From an uncultured Methylomirabilota bacterium (GTDB taxonomy: Bacteria > Methylomirabilota > Methylomirabilia > Methylomirabilales > 2-02-FULL-66-22): 64,000 nt of DNA. Positions within the stretch are counted from its first letter, which is position 1; each line of letters begins with the position of its first letter. Below are positions 58,945-64,000 of the stretch, piece after piece. The notes under the pieces are model-generated. The model was not told the DNA's origin. It saw only the letters and a list, made by a program, of their open reading frames with translations, and did not search any database. The stretch is taken from positions 160,001 through 224,000 of the forward strand of contig OY970067.1 in NCBI GenBank assembly GCA_963705305.1. Reading direction: 5' to 3'. The position numbers and the translations under genes are program-made.

Positions 58945-60120
58945 TCATCCATACCGGCCAAACTCTCGCGCCTCCTCTACCATGGCCACAATATTCTGCG
59001 GTGGGACATCGTCCTGGATGTTGTGCACCGCAGCGAGAACGTAGCCACCGTTCATCCCCAGGGCACCGATCTGGGCCTTAACCTCCTGCCGCACCTCCTC
59101 GACCGTGCCCTTGGGTGGAACAGTGTGAGTGTCAATGGCTCCCCAGAACGCCGGCCGATCCCCGAATTGCGATTTCAGGGATTTGCTATCCCTCCCCTTG
59201 GCCGAGATCTGAACCGGGTTCAGCGCATCCACACCGATCTGGATAAAATCGCCAATGATCGGCAGGATCGCGCCGTCACAATGATAGACACCCCTCGCAT
59301 GGCTATGGCTCTTGATGAAGTCCACGATCTGCCGGTGGCGCGGTTTGATGATTTTCCGATAGATCTCCGGAGAGCACATCAACTCCGCCTGGGTGGCCAA
59401 GTCGTCGTGAAAAAAGACGATGTCCACGTACTTTCCGATCAAATCCAGCAACTTGCGCCCGATCCGGAGGTCGACCTCCAGGATCCTATCCATGAGGGCC
59501 ACGATCAGCTCGTGATTGATGCTCAGGTCCACGAACCAGTCCTCGTGCCCCCGAAGGAACTGACTCAGGGACACGATCGGTCGGGGAAACATGGCAACCA
59601 CCGCATAGTCGGTGTTGGTCTTCAACTGCTCAGCCTGCTCCCGCAACCCGGCGTACCGCTCTGGGACGTCGGGATCAGGCCACGGGTATTTCTCCAGGTC
59701 CGCCAGGGTGATCTCACCCGCCAGCGGATGCTTTGCAATGAAGGCTGGCCCGGTCTCCGGCCCCGTCCAGAGGACGCCCCATTCGTCCCGGTAGGTCACG
59801 CCGTCGGGGAACGACGAGAGCATCCAGTACTCGTTCCAATCAGGGTCATGGCGGGGCACCACCATCCGCGTGTCGATGTCAAGGCGCTGAAGGAGGGCTT
59901 CATCTGGGCGGCCCACGCTGGCCCATTTCCGCATGATGGCGGCTTCGCCTTTCATGTTCAAGTATCGAAGCAAGCGACCGGGCGCGGTCGAGGCAATGCT
60001 GGAGGCATAGGTGCCCCCAATGTCGACGGGGAATCGGTCCGGCTCTTGATGATCGAGAGCCCGCATGATGCGGTCGCGATGCGTAAGCGAGGCCGTCGGG
60101 TCTCCTTCTGAGGCCGGCAC
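58945..60120 (-). CDS. Uroporphyrinogen-decarboxylase-superfamily protein (MtaA/CmuA-like TIM barrel)
   Basis: DEWGV, DDLATQ, YHCDG, LNPVQ, FWGAIDT and HNIQDDVPPQN. Confidence 0.88.
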   Translation of the reverse strand: MPASEGDPTASLTHRDRIMRALDHQEPDRFPVDIGGTYASSIASTAPGRLLRYLNMKGEAAIMRKWASVGRPDEALLQRLDIDTRMVVPRHDPDWNEYWMLSSFPDGVTYRDEWGVLWTGPETGPAFIAKHPLAGEITLADLEKYPWPDPDVPERYAGLREQAEQLKTNTDYAVVAMFPRPIVSLSQFLRGHEDWFVDLSINHELIVALMDRILEVDLRIGRKLLDLIGKYVDIVFFHDDLATQAELMCSPEIYRKIIKPRHRQIVDFIKSHSHARGVYHCDGAILPIIGDFIQIGVDALNPVQISAKGRDSKSLKSQFGDRPAFWGAIDTHTVPPKGTVEEVRQEVKAQIGALGMNGGYVLAAVHNIQDDVPPQNIVAMVEEAREFGRYG

Positions 60121-60303
60121 CTGATCCGCTCAGAAAGCAGGTGAGTCCGCATGCCTAAAGGCCGCCTGTGGCATTTTGCGCCCACCGCTGCTCAGTCGGC
60201 AATGGATCGTTCGTTCCCGAATGTGGTCTAGGCGCCCTCTCCGTCTTCGCGTCGACCAGACGACCTGCGGGCCCGCCATGCGAATGAATGGGTCGGATTC
60301 CTT

Positions 60304-61848
60304 TCACGCGTTCTGCTCCTGCGTGAGTGCGCGCCTGACCGCAGGCTTCAGGGCAACGAGCCCAAGCAGGCCCGCGATGATGTCGAAGATGCCAGCGATA
60401 TAGAACGGAACCTGGAAGCTGCCCCCAAGGAATGCAACCAGCACTGCGGCCCCCCAGCCTCCGAGAATGGCCGAGAATCCCTTTGACGTGTACAAGATCC
60501 CATAGGTCGCCGTGACATACCTGGGGCCGAACACATCGCCGAGGCACGCGGGGATCAGCGCGGAGGTTTCTCCCCAGGACAGGAACACGATGGGTAGAAG
60601 CACGACGAAGAGTATGGGCATGCCAGTAATCTGGGTGACCAGCAGAATGAGCAGTCCCTCGAGGGAGAAGGCGATGGCCATCGTGTTCTCCCGGCCAATC
60701 CTATCGGATACTGACCCCCACATGATCCGGGAGAGCGAATTGGCGACCCCACCGATCGTCGCGGTGAAGGCTACGAGGGAGATCCCGAGCAGCTTCACGC
60801 TCTGGACGTTGAGCGATCGGGCGAGCTCGGACATGTGCCCAATTGTCATCAGGCCACCCGTGGTCATCACGAGGAACTGGAAGTACATGATGTAAAACTC
60901 CCGCCGGCCGAGCGACTGTTGCCAGGTGTAGTTCACCTTGGACTGGAGGACGCTGCCCGACGCCTTCGGTACCCACCCGGCCGGTGTCCACCCTTCGGGA
61001 GGATGCCGCAGAATCATCGCCATGGCGAAGGCGACCACTCCCAAGATCACCCCCCAGATTGCCATCGCGTGCGCCCAGCCCATGGAGGTGATGCTTTCTA
61101 GCCGTTACACAAAGGTGTTGATAACGGTCGGCGTTTCGCTAGTAACGGCATGAATTGGTTGACCGAATCGGAACGCCTTGTCGGGGAAGAAATCTTCCTC
61201 GATGTCAGCTCAATCCGAAAAGGACGGAATGCGCTGTAACCACAGAGGAATCGCGCCTATTGACAAGCGAATCTTCAACACCTTTGTGTAGCGGGTAGTG
61301 ATGCTTTTGGAAATGGGAATGATGGTCAGGGCGGCCCCCCCGCCAAATCCAGCGCTTGTGAGGCCGGTTGCCAGTCCCCGCCGATCCGGGAACCACTTGA
61401 CGGCATTGCCGGCTGCTGCAATATATATGATCCCTGCCCCTGTGCCCGTGAGGAAACCGTAACAGAGGTAGAGGCCAAATACCGACTGGACCATCGCGCC
61501 GCCGAGGAGCCACCCGACGAGGATCATGCACGACCCGATCGCCATGAGCGTCCGAATCCCGAATCGATCTACCAGGATCCCAGCGATGGGGACTGGCCAA
61601 GTCTGAAAGAGGATGTACAGGGAGAAGATGACCGCAATTTCGGAGTACGGGACCCCCGCAAACTGCTGTTTTAGACCCGGTGTAAAGAGGGTGAACGCAT
61701 ACTGATAGTTGGATATCACCATCATCGAAATGACCCCGGCACACAGTTGCACGACCCGGTTTCCCCTAAACGAACCGAAGAGTTCTTTTGCGAGGTCCTG
61801 GCCTGTCGCTGCAACCGCCTCGATTCGGCCTGTGGTCCCGTTCACCAT
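60304..61848 (-). pseudogene. OFA (oxalate:formate antiporter) family MFS transporter split by a MITE
   Basis: QYAFTLF, KWFPDRRGLATG, SDRIGRE and YGILYTSKG. Removing the MITE plus one TSD restores ...ISKSITSMGWAH... Confidence 0.92.
61098..61298 (-). mobile_element. 201-bp MITE, copy 2 (inverted relative to copy 1)
   Basis: Same TIRs; 9-bp TSD TGATGCTTT at 61089-61097 and 61299-61307; 7 substitutions versus copy 1 by manual comparison. Confidence 0.95.
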
Positions 61849-62332
61849 GACCGGCCTCCTTTCAAGTCCTCAGGACTTGATCGAGAGCACCTCCGCCCCG
61901 AAACCCTTCGCAAACCGAAGGAGAAACAATTGAAAGCGAAGCAAAACCTCCAAAAACGACGCGCATCCGTACCTGCACATGGAAGTCAACGACCAGCGTC
62001 GAAGTCGACCCTAAGAGGGTCGATCTCGAGCCCTACCGAAACATATGGTCTCGGATGCGAGGACAAATGAGTCGTGCACAGGTCCTCTGTAGTCCCAGGG
62101 GGCCTGGCATCTGACATGGCGGGAACATTGGCCCGAAGGAGAATAGGAGCGATAGAAGATGGTAGCGACGTGCATTTCGGCAGCGAGCGATGCCACGCCC
62201 TGTTTTGCCGATCTATCTTGCAGCCGGCAACTCCTCGATAGCTTCATAGTTGCGTTCAGCCTGGGGATTGGCTAATCCTTGTAGTACCGGGATTTTCCTT
62301 GCGGCAGGTCGAGGGCGAGGGCGCCACCGAAT

Positions 62333-62590
62333 TCAGGAACCCAAACCCCCCAGATCTTGCGATATGTCCGCCGCCCTATCCTTAATGCTCTTTCCGATCT
62401 CCCTGAGTTTCTCATCAATGAAGGGCCCTGGCAATTCGCGCAAATTGCGGCAGCGCTAACCGCGCGACACCTGCCGTTTCCATCCTCCGATGACACCGGC
62501 CTTCAATAACACAACAGCCCCTGGGGATCCGTGATCCACCGGGGGCCGTAGGGTTCGCACGCCAGGAGCTTTCCGGCCGGCATCGTTGCC
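62333..62590 (-). pseudogene. Decayed IclR-family effector-domain fragment
   Basis: Frameshifted pieces EPYGPRWITDPQ, AAAI..GP and FIDEKLREIGKSIKDRAADISQDLG*. Confidence 0.5.
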
Positions 62591-62701
62591 TCCTTCAGGC
62601 CGCCTTGCTGGGCACCGAATTCATTCGGGCCAGACGCTACCGCTCATCGGAGGGGGAAGTCAAGGTGCAAATGTGGAAAGACGGAGGTCAGAGGTCCCTG
62701 A

Positions 62702-62750
62702 TCAGCCGTCAGTGGTCAGAGATCAGCCGTGAGCGGTTAGCCATCAGCCG
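62702..62750 (+). repeat. Degenerate 7-bp tandem repeat, 7 units
   Basis: TCAGCCG TCAGTGG TCAGAGA TCAGCCG TGAGCGG TTAGCCA TCAGCCG. Confidence 0.75.
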
Positions 62751-62839
62751 AGGAATGACCACGGACCGCTGACTATCGTCAAGGTGCTGGGGGACGTCCC
62801 CTTTTCACGGCCGGGTGAGGCCTCATCCCCTGCCGTTCG

Positions 62840-63295
62840 TCAGCTCTCGACGCGCTCCCATGTGAGCGAGGACTCGAGGACACCCACGGGCAGTGGAGGC
62901 GCAAGCCGTAGCACCAGCCGATTGCCGGTAAAGGTGAAGAGCCGCTTCCGGTCCGTCCCGACCGCGTTGGGGACCTTGTCGAGCTCCACATGGTGGACCA
63001 CGGATCCCTCCCCGGCGTCTACGTCGTAGGTGCCACAATAGGCCACAAGACCGTTCATGGCTGACCTGATCTCCTGCTCGGCGGGATTGCTTGGGATCAC
63101 CCACTTTGGTCGAGCCGGATTCATGAGGACGGCGCACATCCGCTTGGCATCGATGTACATCAAGTAGCCGACGCCGTTCGGGCCGAGATCGGGGCTCGGG
63201 CGCGTCGTCCCGTCGGCCATGAGCTGTTCGGTCGAAACCAGGCGCCACACCCCGATGAACTGCCTTGCCACAGCATCTTGGGATCGTGCCCGCAT
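62840..63295 (-). CDS. Lipocalin-like domain protein
   Basis: FIGVWRLVS, GYLMY, AYCGTY and LTWER. Confidence 0.85.
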   Translation of the reverse strand: MRARSQDAVARQFIGVWRLVSTEQLMADGTTRPSPDLGPNGVGYLMYIDAKRMCAVLMNPARPKWVIPSNPAEQEIRSAMNGLVAYCGTYDVDAGEGSVVHHVELDKVPNAVGTDRKRLFTFTGNRLVLRLAPPLPVGVLESSLTWERVES

Positions 63296-63466
63296 CTGTG
63301 CCCCTCCGTTTGGGAGATGACGGCTAACGAAAGAAGTTAACCGGCCCACCCGGCGACCGGGCGATGGGTGGAGAAGAGAAAGGTGAAGGACGGAAACATG
63401 AAACCCGACACCACCGGTCGGGCCCGAGTTGAACGATGGGTTCCGTGCGCCATGGACGCGCGCTCC

Positions 63467-63913
63467 CTAGAGCCAGCGCCGTACATCATTCTTGTAATGA
63501 ACCCAGGCTGAGCCAAACGTACGAGCCAACCAAGGTTCTTCGGCGTGAATGACGCGGAAATGGAAGGCGAAGGCCACCAAGACCGTGTAGACGAGTAATC
63601 CGCGCGACCCAAACGCGGACGACCAGCCGAGAAGGACGAAGATGACGGCAATGTACATGGGGTTCCGCGAATAGCGATAGAGGCCGCTCGTCACCAGGTG
63701 TTTGGGTGGCGCCCACGGGGCGAGTGTCCCTTTGCCCGAGACATAGAAATCGCGGACGCACCAGAGAAGCGCCAGAAAGCCGATGCCCAGCGGGATCAAG
63801 CCCAAAGGATGAAGGAGCGCAGTGTGTGAGCTACGCCAAAGCCAGGCGAGGGGAACAAGGATCCCGACCACGCCTGGTAGTGCGAGGAAGGCTAGAACTG
63901 CACGTGGGAACAT
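63467..63913 (-). CDS. Isoprenylcysteine carboxylmethyltransferase/PEMT-family membrane protein
   Basis: GKGTLAPWAPP, GLYRYSRNPMY, EEPWL and VRRW. Confidence 0.9.
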   Translation of the reverse strand: MFPRAVLAFLALPGVVGILVPLAWLWRSSHTALLHPLGLIPLGIGFLALLWCVRDFYVSGKGTLAPWAPPKHLVTSGLYRYSRNPMYIAVIFVLLGWSSAFGSRGLLVYTVLVAFAFHFRVIHAEEPWLARTFGSAWVHYKNDVRRWL

Positions 63914-64000
63914 GTGCACCTACCGACCGCGCTCACTCGCCGTCGCTTATCACCTGGGACGTCGCCAATTTCACCAACTTGCTGGCGAAACGGCCGCAAC

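Noticed and set aside
61205..61215. In-frame TGA as a selenocysteine or read-through codon
   Set aside because: It lies within the MITE, is TGG in the other copy, and a TAA follows in the same frame.
62702..62750. CRISPR array
   Set aside because: The units are 7 bp with no spacers and there are no cas genes. I saw no repeat-spacer array anywhere in the window.

Overview
High-GC bacterial genomic DNA. Three LIV-type ABC operons, orphan Tat-exported binding proteins and many catabolic enzymes suggest a heterotroph such as Methylomirabilota/Rokubacteria, but that is inference only. Bases 1-44,000 are mostly intact transport and metabolic genes: three livKHMG(F) operons (one livK frameshifted in a G7 run), suyAB-like sulfo-lyase genes, creatininase plus amidohydrolase, an AttEFGH-like ABC/lipocalin cluster with TetR, and a dual-GAF sigma54 activator followed by a sigma54 promoter and two tiny membrane-protein genes. 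From about 44,300 to 62,700 the DNA looks visibly lower in GC and decaying. It carries sugar-acid-type catabolic genes (two SAF-domain oxidoreductases, a PdxA-like variant, Hyi, a beta-hydroxyacid dehydrogenase, a lactonase-like amidohydrolase), two IS630 elements (one nested in an IS5-like relic) and gene remnants. The best-supported unannotated feature is a 201-bp MITE present twice (9554-9754 and 61098-61298) with 24-bp terminal inverted repeats and 9-bp target duplications; the second copy splits an OFA-family MFS gene. I found no rRNA, tRNA or CRISPR array.
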